Shown: piece after piece, positions 16,158 to 25,201 of the stretch
Numbering within the stretch: the first letter of the stretch is position 1
Layout of the letters: each line of letters begins with the position of its first letter
DNA from: a virus
DNA: 40,367 bases
Direction: 5' to 3' (one strand)
Virus record (IMG/VR): IMGVR_UViG_3300045988_046182
Coordinates: 1-40,367 of that record
Program-made: the position numbers and the translations under genes
Notes under the pieces: generated by a model
Seen by the model: only the letters and a program-made list of their open reading frames with translations
Databases searched by the model: none
Told to the model about the DNA's origin: nothing

Positions 16158-16772
16158 TTAGTCGTTTATATACCATTTACCTTTAATTTCTTCTGTTGAA
16201 AATATTTTAACCGCCTTATGTTCATATATTGTTTTATAATCTTTTCTTTTTATTTTTGTTGCATCTTCATAAATTTCGTATTTAAAACCACTCTCACAAC
16301 TCTCTATCTCTTTCCCTTCCTCAAAAGCTTTAAACGCTTCTTGGAATGTGTATTGTGGTCTTTTGATTGTGTAACCAAAATTTAGATTTATAACATCTCT
16401 ATCACCTTTTAACCACTCTATCTTAATTCTTCCAAAACCTAAACCTATTATTCTTTCAGTATCATTTTCCCAAACTTCTCCTTCTTTAATATTGGCAATT
16501 ACCTCTCTAAATGTTAATTCTTTCATATTGTTACTCTCCTTTTCTTCTATTTTCTCGAACATTTCTTCCACCCAATAATATTCTTCTTCATCTTCTTTTA
16601 TACTATATATTAATATATCACCCCATTCTTCTACTCCAATTATAGTTACTATTTCTTCTTCAAACTGCAACATATCTTCGTTAATCCCTACTTTCGAATT
16701 TCTAAATCTTTTTAAACCTTTAATTACTCTAACCTTACCTCCAACTTTTAACATCTTACCACCTCTTAACAT
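16158..16772 (-). CDS. Hypothetical protein (204 aa), acidic
   Basis: ORF only. Confidence 0.4.
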   Translation of the reverse strand: MLRGGKMLKVGGKVRVIKGLKRFRNSKVGINEDMLQFEEEIVTIIGVEEWGDILIYSIKEDEEEYYWVEEMFEKIEEKESNNMKELTFREVIANIKEGEVWENDTERIIGLGFGRIKIEWLKGDRDVINLNFGYTIKRPQYTFQEAFKAFEEGKEIESCESGFKYEIYEDATKIKRKDYKTIYEHKAVKIFSTEEIKGKWYIND

Positions 16773-16874
16773 CTTTCTCTTTTAATAATTCTTTCTTACC
16801 TTTTAGCAATGTTTCTTTATGTCCTTTTCTCTCATTTATAGCATATTGTTGCTTAATCGCATTTGCTAAATCCA

Positions 16875-17090
16875 TTACTTACCCTCCCACAACTTAATAC
16901 TTTCAATTCTGTCTATAGGGACTATTATTTCCCCTTGTTTATCTTCCATCTTAACTCTATAATCGTGAATCTCTAGGATCCTTCCTTTTATCTCTGACAT
17001 TCCAGTATTTAAGATTACAAAATCTCCATCTTGGAAATAAAATCCGTTTTCTCCTACTAAATAATTGATGCTTACTTTTCTAATTGACAT
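16875..17090 (-). CDS. Hypothetical protein (71 aa)
   Basis: ORF only. Confidence 0.35.
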   Translation of the reverse strand: MSIRKVSINYLVGENGFYFQDGDFVILNTGMSEIKGRILEIHDYRVKMEDKQGEIIVPIDRIESIKLWEGK

Positions 17091-17420
17091 TTATTTCTCC
17101 TCCCAAAACTTTTCTATCTCATATTGACTTATTTTTCTCGCTTTTTCTCTTTCAATTCTTTCGAGTTGCCTTACTATCTTAGCCTCTTTTATAAACTCTA
17201 AATGATTTAATTCTGAATCCGTCATAAACAGTTTTAGCTGCTCTAGCATTATTTCCACATCTGCAATCTCTTCAACAAAATTCTCTTGGAAATGTAAGTC
17301 ATTTCTAACACACTTAGAAATTGCAAGCATTAACTCCGCCAACTCTTCTTGCGTTTGTCTTAACTGTGGTTCTTTGCCATAATAGTTGGCAATTTGAATT
17401 AGTTTTGATTCTCTATTCAT
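17091..17420 (-). CDS. MazG-like nucleotide pyrophosphohydrolase
   Basis: EELAELMLAI...EEIADVEIML, matching the MazG EEXXE/D pattern. Confidence 0.55.
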   Translation of the reverse strand: MNRESKLIQIANYYGKEPQLRQTQEELAELMLAISKCVRNDLHFQENFVEEIADVEIMLEQLKLFMTDSELNHLEFIKEAKIVRQLERIEREKARKISQYEIEKFWEEK

Positions 17421-17451
17421 CTTTTAACCTCCAAAACTTATTTACAATTTA

Positions 17452-17480
17452 ATTATAACATACTTAATCATCTTGTCAAT
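17452..17480 (-). promoter_or_regulatory. Promoter cassette copy (TTGACA-17-TATAAT)
   Basis: Minus strand ttgacaagatgattaagtatgttataattaaattgtaaa. Confidence 0.55.
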
Positions 17481-17486
17481 AGTTAT

Positions 17487-17870
17487 TTATTCAACTTCTA
17501 AAATTATTTTTGCAACCTTATATCCCTGCCTATTTTTAACATCTTTATCAATTAAATTCTTTGTTGAACTATCCCAACAACCTAAAAATGCTGATGTTTC
17601 TTTTATAGTATCAAAAAGTTGTATAATAGGCTCACCCCTTACATTGCAATCATATACTGCGTAACAAACTTCTTTTTGTGTTCTAGGTCTTTTCTGTTTT
17701 TCCTCTTTAAATTCTATAAATTTCAAATCACTTCTTTTATTTCTTTTGTTACTCTTTATTTGCCTTGATATCATATTATGATTTATATTCATCAATCTAC
17801 CTAAAGCTCTTTGCGAATCCGCTATCGCTATAGGTAATCCAAATACATCTTTATTGAATGCTAATACCAT
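17487..17870 (-). CDS. Hypothetical protein, possible DNA-binding protein
   Basis: Basic; ORF only. Confidence 0.3.
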   Translation of the reverse strand: MVLAFNKDVFGLPIAIADSQRALGRLMNINHNMISRQIKSNKRNKRSDLKFIEFKEEKQKRPRTQKEVCYAVYDCNVRGEPIIQLFDTIKETSAFLGCWDSSTKNLIDKDVKNRQGYKVAKIILEVE

Positions 17871-17871
17871 C

Positions 17872-18840
17872 TTAAACCCTCCTAATCCACTCTTCTGGAA
17901 TACTTAAATTATATTCTTGCGCTAATATAAACGCCACTTTAGAAAAATTAGTAACTCCATAAACCTTTTTAGCAACTGATATTAAATTACCAGTTCCACA
18001 ATGTGTAAAGCAAGTGTAAATACCTTTTTCATCATTTATAACTAAAGCCCCTTTATTATCTCCACCATGCAACACACATCTACCTATATAATTACCATTC
18101 ATATACTTAAATTCTCCACCTAGATGCTTCTGTATAAAGTCTTTTAAGCTTATAGATGATATTAGTCTGTTTAAACATTCTTCTTTATACTGTGGCTTAA
18201 TATAATCTTCACCGTCATACTTGGTATATCCTTTTTCAATGACTTTTTGCTTAGCTTTGTTATCCCTTTTCAGTTTAGATTGATAAGCATTTATAAGTTT
18301 TACCATTAATGCGCAACTTATAGGGACATCATTTTCTCTATAAGTTACTTCTTTGTTAGTGCCACCCCATATACGATTAGCATTACTTGTAGCTTGGTCT
18401 AAATACTTGTTAAACTTCCATTGCAAAGCTTTGTAAAGCAAGTTATAAGTTTCTGTATCTATAGGACTTTCCAATCTATATATTAATCTAAATTTAGTAT
18501 AATCAGTATCGCTAAAAGTCTGATGTTCTATTATAGGATAAATCCCTAACTTTTTATTTATTAATGCAACCATTTCAAATAATGTAATTTTATTTTCTTT
18601 ACTATCTATATCTAAAGCTATACACTCCAGACATTCTATATCAGACACATCTATAGTATTGCTTGTCCCTTCTTTGAACTCCGCCAATAAAACCGAATGA
18701 CCTCTTTTTAAATATTCCACTATATCTCTATAATCAACTAAAATATTTTTGCTTTGCTTTATACTGTTCGTTATTAAGCCCATTTCATATTTTTCCGGCT
18801 TCGTCTTATAACCTTTCTGACTTACTTTAATTTTAATCAT
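17872..18840 (-). CDS. Replication protein: putative primase-polymerase-like N-terminal region with C-terminal CHC2-type zinc finger
   Basis: C-terminal CVLHGGDNKGALVI...YTCFTHCGTGNLI matches the primase zf-CHC2 pattern. Acidic DID motifs lie in the N-terminal half. Confidence 0.4.
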   Translation of the reverse strand: MIKIKVSQKGYKTKPEKYEMGLITNSIKQSKNILVDYRDIVEYLKRGHSVLLAEFKEGTSNTIDVSDIECLECIALDIDSKENKITLFEMVALINKKLGIYPIIEHQTFSDTDYTKFRLIYRLESPIDTETYNLLYKALQWKFNKYLDQATSNANRIWGGTNKEVTYRENDVPISCALMVKLINAYQSKLKRDNKAKQKVIEKGYTKYDGEDYIKPQYKEECLNRLISSISLKDFIQKHLGGEFKYMNGNYIGRCVLHGGDNKGALVINDEKGIYTCFTHCGTGNLISVAKKVYGVTNFSKVAFILAQEYNLSIPEEWIRRV

Positions 18841-18841
18841 T

Positions 18842-19327
18842 TTATCTAACCTCCACTAACTCAAATCTATCTTTAAACTTGTTGTATATCTTGTCCCATT
18901 CCTCTTGAGATATACCACCGCAGATATACTTCTCTTCCAAGTTATAAAGGCATTGTCTTAGATATATGTCGTTATGCCAACCGTTATAAAGATTATTTTC
19001 TTCAATTATAGTTTTTGCGTATTCTATTTTATTAGGAAAAATGAATTTATAACTTCTTTCTCTGCAAAACTCATACAAGTCATTAAATTTAACCACAGAA
19101 TACTTGTAACCTCTTTTCTTGAATTCCTCACACACTTCGCAAGCAAATTTAAATAAGTGAAGAAAATCATAATCCATAACCTTATTAACCAATACATGGT
19201 TTGGAGTTCCTTTCTTTTCTATCGCTCCCTTTATAGCCAATATTTCTCTCCATTGTGCTACCAACTGTTGTTTAGGTAGTACCTCAATCAATTCTTTATG
19301 CCAAATTCTCATTTTATCAACCTCCAA
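18842..19327 (-). CDS. Pyrimidine-dimer DNA glycosylase (T4 DenV-like, TIGR02328-type) family protein
   Basis: N-terminal RIWHKELIEVLPKQQLVAQWREILAI resembles the DenV-family N-terminus. Confidence 0.4.
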   Translation of the reverse strand: MEVDKMRIWHKELIEVLPKQQLVAQWREILAIKGAIEKKGTPNHVLVNKVMDYDFLHLFKFACEVCEEFKKRGYKYSVVKFNDLYEFCRERSYKFIFPNKIEYAKTIIEENNLYNGWHNDIYLRQCLYNLEEKYICGGISQEEWDKIYNKFKDRFELVEVR

Positions 19328-19344
19328 AACAAATTTACAAGTTA

Positions 19345-19373
19345 ATTATATAATCACTTAATTATCTTGTCAA
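19345..19373 (-). promoter_or_regulatory. Promoter cassette copy
   Basis: Minus strand ttgacaagataattaagtgattatataat. Confidence 0.55.
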
Positions 19374-19397
19374 CAATTTTATTAAAAAGACTAGATT

Positions 19398-19724
19398 TTA
19401 CTCTAGTCTATAAACTTTATTTATTTTTTCCCAAGTATTTCTCCTAACTCTTTTATCTCTTATCTCTACACCTAAATAAGTATGATAAGGTATTCCTATA
19501 AGTTTAGTGGCTTCTTCAATAGTTAAACCTAACTCTTTACGTTTAGCTTTTATCTTTTCTCTATCTATAAAAACATCTTTCATAGTCTTTCTTGATTTTT
19601 CTCTAGCTTTTTCCTTTAAACATTCTTTACACATAGATCTATAACCATCTTTCCCTTGTGGGTGGTGATAGAAATTAGTTTCTATATCTTCGAATGTTTT
19701 ATTGCAATTAGTACAAGTTTTCAT
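19398..19724 (-). CDS. Zinc-ribbon plus XRE-type HTH protein
   Basis: CTNCN...CKEC and LGLTIEEATKLIGIPYHTYLGVE. Confidence 0.4.
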   Translation of the reverse strand: MKTCTNCNKTFEDIETNFYHHPQGKDGYRSMCKECLKEKAREKSRKTMKDVFIDREKIKAKRKELGLTIEEATKLIGIPYHTYLGVEIRDKRVRRNTWEKINKVYRLE

Positions 19725-19953
19725 TTTTAATCATTCCCATTCTCTCTAAACACTCAATAAACTTCATAGCATATTCATCAGCTGAAAGTTTATTTTTGAA
19801 ATCTTCATTGAAAGTTATGCTATCTTTATCTATTCTTAGCAACCATTCTTCCTCTAAACAAAAATTAAAACAATTAGGTTTAACTAAACTAGCATCTAAT
19901 TGTCCTAATTCAAAATTGCTTATAGGAATAATCACTTCTTTATCATTATACAC
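19708..19953 (-). CDS. Hypothetical protein (81 aa)
   Basis: ORF only. Confidence 0.35.
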   Translation of the reverse strand: MYNDKEVIIPISNFELGQLDASLVKPNCFNFCLEEEWLLRIDKDSITFNEDFKNKLSADEYAMKFIECLERMGMIKNENLY

Positions 19954-19964
19954 TTAAACACCTC

Positions 19965-20336
19965 CTAAAATGGAACATATCCATCTTCAACCCTATTCAT
20001 TTCTTCTTCAAACTCATTTGCTTTATTCTCTTGTTTATTGTTACTGCTTATAAAGTCAAAATTTTCAACAACTATATCTGTTGTATATCTCCTAGTACCG
20101 TCTTGAGCTTCATAACTTCCTGTTCTTATGTTCCCACTTATAGCAATTTGAGAACCTTTAGAGAAATATTGATTTATTATATCAGCAGTTTTACCGAACG
20201 CTATACAATTTATAAAATCAACTTCATCTCTTTTGAATTTTCTATTTACTGCTAACGTAAATCTAGCAATATCAGTATTACCTGTTCTATAATCTACATC
20301 TTTACTCAAACGACCTAATAAGTTAACTTGATTCAT
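19965..20336 (-). CDS. ssb: Single-stranded DNA-binding protein
   Basis: OB-fold-like N-terminus; acidic C-terminal tail ending DGYVPF. Confidence 0.65.
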   Translation of the reverse strand: MNQVNLLGRLSKDVDYRTGNTDIARFTLAVNRKFKRDEVDFINCIAFGKTADIINQYFSKGSQIAISGNIRTGSYEAQDGTRRYTTDIVVENFDFISSNNKQENKANEFEEEMNRVEDGYVPF

Positions 20337-20485
20337 TATTCTTCCCCTCTTTCTATCGCTATTCCGTAATCTATATAATCGTAATCCGCATCAAAATCAA
20401 CACTCAAATATCTCATTGGATTTTCTAATAAATCTTCTTCTCCTCCAATTATATCAACTTTCAAATATATAGTTTTCTTTTCCAT
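20336..20485 (-). CDS. Small acidic protein (49 aa), first gene after the promoter
   Basis: GGAGG RBS; TAATG overlap with ssb. Confidence 0.3.
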   Translation of the reverse strand: MEKKTIYLKVDIIGGEEDLLENPMRYLSVDFDADYDYIDYGIAIERGEE

Positions 20486-20591
20486 TCTATTACCTCCTTA
20501 GTTGGAAAAGTGAGACGTACAAGATATAGGCGAAATTTTAATTTATAACACCATAAACTCGCTTAACCAACTTAAATTTGTTTACAATTTA

Positions 20592-20620
20592 ATTATATAG
20601 TTATTGATTTATTTTGTCAA
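20592..20620 (-). promoter_or_regulatory. Promoter cassette copy, overlapping the 3' end of thyX
   Basis: Minus strand ttgacaaaataaatcaataactatataattaaattgtaaa. Confidence 0.5.
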
Positions 20621-21263
20621 GACATTTGCTGCATAAACCTTGTTCGCATAATAAAACTTTATGATCTACAAATGGAATATGAGGTTTTAATAAATCTATC
20701 ATAGTCAATGCCAATTCTCTAATTTCTTTCTGTGCATGAATACACTTTCTTTGTCTTAAAAAGTTTCTAAAGTTATTTAAATCCATTGTAACTATTAAAT
20801 TACAAGTTGTTGCCTGCGGTAGAATCGCTCTAGCGTCTTCTTTTTTTATCCCTAAAACTCTTAATTCTTCATATAATTCAGCGCATTTATTAAAGTGTTT
20901 ATCTATTAACTCATAAGCTTTTTGTTCATTTTCTTTTAGTGTTGAATATCCAAGTTTAGGCTTTACAAATTCAAAAAACTCTCCACTAATATATCTTTGA
21001 GATTGCACATTAAACTTAAATGTTCTATGCCTAGTCAACTGTGCTAAACACGCCCTTGAAATCCCTTCTATAGCAAAGCTAAAACTAACGTGTTCTAGCG
21101 GGCTAGTGTGTTGTTCCATCATAAGAGGAACTATAAAATCGCACATTTCCTTCTCACTCTTAATTTTTATATTATCCCAAGAATCCTTACTGTAGCATAT
21201 TCTATAAGCCTTATATATCTTTTCTATTGGATTGTTTGTTATATCTATTAAACTAACTTTCAT
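20601..21263 (-). CDS. thyX: FAD-dependent thymidylate synthase ThyX
   Basis: ThyX signature RHRTFKFNVQSQRY. Confidence 0.8.
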   Translation of the reverse strand: MKVSLIDITNNPIEKIYKAYRICYSKDSWDNIKIKSEKEMCDFIVPLMMEQHTSPLEHVSFSFAIEGISRACLAQLTRHRTFKFNVQSQRYISGEFFEFVKPKLGYSTLKENEQKAYELIDKHFNKCAELYEELRVLGIKKEDARAILPQATTCNLIVTMDLNNFRNFLRQRKCIHAQKEIRELALTMIDLLKPHIPFVDHKVLLCEQGLCSKCLDKINQ

Positions 21264-21430
21264 TATCTCTTACTCTCCTTTAACTCTTTAATTATAATCG
21301 CAGTAGCAACCCCTCCAACTGTAACACCTATTAAAATAGGTTTTGCTAAGATGCTGCTATTTGGATAGGCTATTAATCCCATTAAAGCTATTCCTACACT
21401 TGTAATTAAACTTGCTTTACTATCACTCAT
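21263..21430 (-). CDS. Small membrane protein (55 aa)
   Basis: Two hydrophobic segments; TAATG overlap with thyX; under 60 aa, so absent from the ORF track. Confidence 0.3.
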   Translation of the reverse strand: MSDSKASLITSVGIALMGLIAYPNSSILAKPILIGVTVGGVATAIIIKELKESKR

Positions 21431-21992
21431 TCAATTCAACCTCCACATTAAAATTTCTTAAAAGATAATTTCTAACTTCATAATATAAAGTGTTGTATAT
21501 CTCGCTCCCCATATATTCACTTGGTATTGCTTCTATAGTAGTGTTGTATTCAGCTTCAAAGCCTTTTATCCTAGCGTGTAATGTTTTAGGCTCATACCTA
21601 CTTCTATACTTCCCTTCTCTTAAATGCTTATGAAATAATTTATCCTCTATAAACAATCTAACCTTAGTATTATTAGCTTTTAAAATAGCAAATTCTTTAC
21701 TTATTCTTGGATAATCAGAAGTACTGAAATTACTTGCTATTTCATCTATAGATGCCTTTCTTTCTACTACTATAAGCTTATCAAAGTACAAATCTCTTTC
21801 TATGCCTTTCAGAACACCTTTAGGGAGAAAACAACTATAATCTCCTTGTTCTAATTTCTGAACCTTAAAAGTTTTTTTCTTAGCCTTAAACCACGCTAAT
21901 ACGTGGTCGTTGGCTTTTTCTCTTGTATCAACTATTATAGTTAAGTCTTTTAATGCTTTTTTTATTTCTGTTTCAGTAAATCTATATCTCAT
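21423..21992 (-). CDS. ERCC4-type (XPF/Mus81-like) nuclease, putative recombination-intermediate resolvase
   Basis: IIVDTREK...LEQGDYSCF...IVVERKASIDE motifs. Confidence 0.5.
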   Translation of the reverse strand: MRYRFTETEIKKALKDLTIIVDTREKANDHVLAWFKAKKKTFKVQKLEQGDYSCFLPKGVLKGIERDLYFDKLIVVERKASIDEIASNFSTSDYPRISKEFAILKANNTKVRLFIEDKLFHKHLREGKYRSRYEPKTLHARIKGFEAEYNTTIEAIPSEYMGSEIYNTLYYEVRNYLLRNFNVEVELNE

Positions 21993-22582
21993 TATTTTTG
22001 AACTTTCTCCAATCTACTACAAATATTATCGTACTGTTCTTTAGTCATTTGACTTATATCAGATACTCCAAACTCTTTAACGCATTGTGCTGTTATAGTT
22101 GCTTGATTTATCCCTTTAGACTTTCCTATAGCGAACAATCTGCTTAATTGCTTATCTGATAGACCTTCCTTTGGTTTAGAACTTCCATGAGTAGTTAAAT
22201 TCGCATCATCATCTTCGCCTGTATTAAGATTTAAAATAGCTTGATATGAATATCTTCTAAGATAAGTTATTAAGCTACCTGCTTGTTGTGGGTCGTTTTT
22301 AACTGGTTTCATGAATAACGGTTCACTCTCTATATATTCCCCGCTCTCATGCAGTAAAATAGTTTGTATTCCTATTTCTCCAGTTTCCTTACTCAATGGC
22401 ATTTGTAAGACTGACAAACCGTTTTTCTGTAATATATCTCTAGTCGCTAATATAAGCTTATCAAGTGTTACATAATCGCTCTTAAAAAATGGATTTTTAG
22501 CATCTTTTGATATACTTGTTACTTCGGCATTGAACTTCGCTAAAGCAACTGCTAATTTAACTATTGTTTCACTTCTATTCAT
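21992..22582 (-). CDS. ERF-family single-strand annealing protein
   Basis: KDAKNPFFKSDYVTLDKL motif typical of ERF proteins; position next to Gp157 and ssb. Confidence 0.5.
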   Translation of the reverse strand: MNRSETIVKLAVALAKFNAEVTSISKDAKNPFFKSDYVTLDKLILATRDILQKNGLSVLQMPLSKETGEIGIQTILLHESGEYIESEPLFMKPVKNDPQQAGSLITYLRRYSYQAILNLNTGEDDDANLTTHGSSKPKEGLSDKQLSRLFAIGKSKGINQATITAQCVKEFGVSDISQMTKEQYDNICSRLEKVQK

Positions 22583-22611
22583 AAAAATACCTCCTTTTAA
22601 CTGACAATTTA

Positions 22612-22640
22612 ATTATACACTAACTTAATTACCTTGTCAA
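22612..22640 (-). promoter_or_regulatory. Promoter cassette copy
   Basis: Minus strand ttgacaaggtaattaagttagtgtataattaaattgtca. Confidence 0.55.
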
Positions 22641-23132
22641 TTATCTTATTTTTAAACTTTCCTCTTGTACTAATTTAGCTCCTTCTATAATTTCACCATT
22701 CTTTAAAGCTTCTTTAAGCATTTTCTTATCTATACTAGGAGTATTTATAATAAATTGCTTTGGTATGGCATTTAAATCCTCCACAACCGTCTTAGGAGGG
22801 TTTTTCTTTATACTTACAGTAAATATTCCTCCTTTAACTTCTCTCTTCTCTAATCCGTTTATAGTGTCAAATAGATAGCCTTGTAAGTTTTCAATCTTAT
22901 TCTCTCTTATCTTTCGTTCTCTTGCTAATCTTTTTTCTTCCGCTTTTAACGCTTCCGCTTCTGCTTGTAGGTTTTTAATTAATCTCACGATATTTTCTAC
23001 CTTTGTAGATAAATCGCACTCTAATCCTTTCATAGAGTTTATAACTAACTCTTTTAAATTTTCATCTTCTCCCGCATTTTCTAAAACTTGTTGTAAGTTT
23101 CTAAAGTTTTGTGATAATTCATAAAGTTTCAT
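22641..23132 (-). CDS. Siphovirus Gp157-family protein
   Basis: MKLYELSQNFRNLQQ N-terminus and coiled coil; partner of the ERF/SSB module. Confidence 0.5.
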   Translation of the reverse strand: MKLYELSQNFRNLQQVLENAGEDENLKELVINSMKGLECDLSTKVENIVRLIKNLQAEAEALKAEEKRLARERKIRENKIENLQGYLFDTINGLEKREVKGGIFTVSIKKNPPKTVVEDLNAIPKQFIINTPSIDKKMLKEALKNGEIIEGAKLVQEESLKIR

Positions 23133-23353
23133 TAAATAACTCCCTCCTCTTTGAACTGTTTTATATAAGGTCTTAAAACCTTAACCACTTCTGTTCCTTT
23201 AGGACAACCAATCATAAAAGCGATTCTTTTAATAAATCTAGTTGTTAACTCCGGACTTTTATAAGTCGCCATGTTGGTTTTGCAAGTCCTTTCTTCCATT
23301 CTTCTCCAATCTTGAAGAGCTTTCCTAATTTCACTTTTCTTAATAACCATCAT
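23132..23353 (-). CDS. Hypothetical small basic protein (73 aa), first gene downstream of iteron array B
   Basis: ORF with GGAGG RBS. Confidence 0.35.
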   Translation of the reverse strand: MMVIKKSEIRKALQDWRRMEERTCKTNMATYKSPELTTRFIKRIAFMIGCPKGTEVVKVLRPYIKQFKEEGVI

Positions 23354-23383
23354 AATACCTCCTTGATGTTCTCTACAAGTATA

Positions 23384-23411
23384 ATTATAGCATACTTAAT
23401 TATCTTGTCAA
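23384..23411 (-). promoter_or_regulatory. Promoter cassette copy
   Basis: Minus strand ttgacaagataattaagtatgctataat. Confidence 0.55.
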
Positions 23412-23509
23412 CACTTTTATTAAAAAAATAATTATGGGGTGATAATGTGAAAATATTTTATTTCGTTATTCGCCTTGGAACATCTTTGAACCATTATAAG
23501 AAATAAAAA

Positions 23510-23850
23510 TTAATCACTTACTACATTTACTACAAAAACTACATCATTTTCTATATAGCACATTTTTATATAAAATATATATATTAATTTATTATTTATA
23601 ATAAAGTCTTATAATTTAATGTAGTAAATGTAGTAAATATATATAAAGTGTTGGTATCACTAGCTTACAAAGGGTTTTAAAAATGTAGTAATTATGTAGT
23701 AAAAAATGTAGTAAGCTTAAAAATGTAGTAAATATTTTAATTAATCATGAATTGATTGGTAACATTTTGTTTATAATTAAGTGTAGTAAATGTAGTAAAA
23801 CTACAAAAATGTAACTTAAAAATGTAGTAAATGTAGTAATAAAAAAAAGA
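23510..23850. repeat. Iteron array B, paralogue of array A: about 10 direct and 2-3 inverted AAAATGTAGTAA units plus an AT-only core
   Basis: 23531-23555 (inverted), 23618-23637, 23681-23733 and 23781-23845. Block identity to 7460-7850 is roughly 85%, except for one 15-bp segment that is inverted. Confidence 0.85.
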
Positions 23851-23882
23851 CACCTATTAAGTGCCTTTATAATGGTTTATTT

Positions 23883-24011
23883 ATATTGTTGTTTGTAGAG
23901 CATCATAGTATAATTCTTTAAATACCTAGCATACTCATAAGCTTCCTTTGTAGTCTTGCAAGTCTTTGTTTGTAATAATTCGTTAGCGATTTTATCAATA
24001 TTCTTCATAAA
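23883..24011 (-). CDS. Small protein (43 aa)
   Basis: GGAGG RBS. Confidence 0.25.
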
Positions 24012-24064
24012 AAATACCTCCTAAAGCTTTATATTTTATATATATGCTCTAAGAGGTAAAAAGA

Positions 24065-24592
24065 TTACTCTTTTTCTTCAATTTCTTTAACTTTATCATG
24101 AAGCATTTTATCAACTAACTTGATATAACTTGCATCATATCCAGTAAACTCAAAGTCTTGTAACCATCTGCGTATCTTTTCTATTTCTTTAGAAACTCCG
24201 CAAAGGGGTTTTAAGACTTTTTCAGATTCTTTAGGGAATTTAGCGACTAATCTATTAGATATAGAGGCTATAGTGGTATAAACTTCGATTTCCCAATCTA
24301 AATACAATTCTAAATGTTCCTTTATAGATAAAGGTTCTTTAACTCCTTCTAATTCCTCCCAAGACGGTTCAAGGTTTTCGCTGAACATATCAATTACATA
24401 GTGTTGTAAATCTACTCTATGACATCTATCCTCTTTAGATTGAACTTTATGCCATCTTTTAAACCCTTGTAATCCTTTCATGTGTGCTGACCTACTAAGG
24501 GTATCGTGAATCATTTCACCTCTAGCACTTAAATTTATAGCTTCTTTTAATAGTTTTATAGCTTCATTGTTAAAATCATAACTCTTAATCAT
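24065..24592 (-). CDS. Hypothetical alpha-helical protein (175 aa), cargo cluster
   Basis: ORF; 8-nt overlap with the upstream gene. Confidence 0.45.
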   Translation of the reverse strand: MIKSYDFNNEAIKLLKEAINLSARGEMIHDTLSRSAHMKGLQGFKRWHKVQSKEDRCHRVDLQHYVIDMFSENLEPSWEELEGVKEPLSIKEHLELYLDWEIEVYTTIASISNRLVAKFPKESEKVLKPLCGVSKEIEKIRRWLQDFEFTGYDASYIKLVDKMLHDKVKEIEEKE

Positions 24593-24983
24593 GTTTTATA
24601 TCCCTCAATTTCATCATAGTGTTGTTATACATCTTAGAATGAAGTATCTTCATATCTTCCATTAATTCATTTATAACAGTCATTATAGCCTTTGTACCAG
24701 CTTCTAAGCCATGTTTATTTATTATCTTAGAAACACATTCCATAAACTCAGAATCATCTCCTAATGGCTCGTAAACCATTTTAGCTGATGAATATTCCAT
24801 GGTTTTATCTTTTTCTAGCATAGATTCTATTTTTAAAGCATCTTTTATATTATCAAGTGCCATTGTCATAGCTTCAACACATTCACAATCCCATTTATCG
24901 GTTACCATAGCTTTTTCTATTTTAGGTAAAGCTTTGTCAATTATCTTTCCGTTAACTTCTATTATTTTGTTATAATCCATCAT
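24585..24983 (-). CDS. Hypothetical protein (132 aa), Met-rich, cargo cluster
   Basis: ORF; start and stop overlap with neighbouring genes. Confidence 0.45.
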   Translation of the reverse strand: MMDYNKIIEVNGKIIDKALPKIEKAMVTDKWDCECVEAMTMALDNIKDALKIESMLEKDKTMEYSSAKMVYEPLGDDSEFMECVSKIINKHGLEAGTKAIMTVINELMEDMKILHSKMYNNTMMKLRDIKHD

Positions 24984-25201
24984 TTACCCTCCTTTAGCAA
25001 TCTTATAATTTCATTATTTTGCTCTATAATGGTATTTAATTTTAAGTTAGTTTCTTGCTTTAATTCTTCCATAAGTTCATCATTAGAAGTTTGTTTTAGA
25101 TTCTCGGTGTAGTTTAATACACCTAAGAATCCACTAAACAAAGCTAAAGCGTCTAAATCTCTTAATTGATTATTCACTTTCAGAAACTCCTGTAGCCACA
25201 T
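24980..25201 (-). CDS. Hypothetical protein (73 aa), cargo cluster
   Basis: ORF. Confidence 0.35.
   Translation of the reverse strand: MWLQEFLKVNNQLRDLDALALFSGFLGVLNYTENLKQTSNDELMEELKQETNLKLNTIIEQNNEIIRLLKEGK

Noticed and set aside
24065-24592. HEPN RNase call for the 175-aa cargo protein based on the RVDLQH (Rx4H) motif.
   Set aside because: A single short motif in an all-helical protein is weak evidence. No MNT or antitoxin partner motif (GSx10DxD) is present in the adjacent gene.
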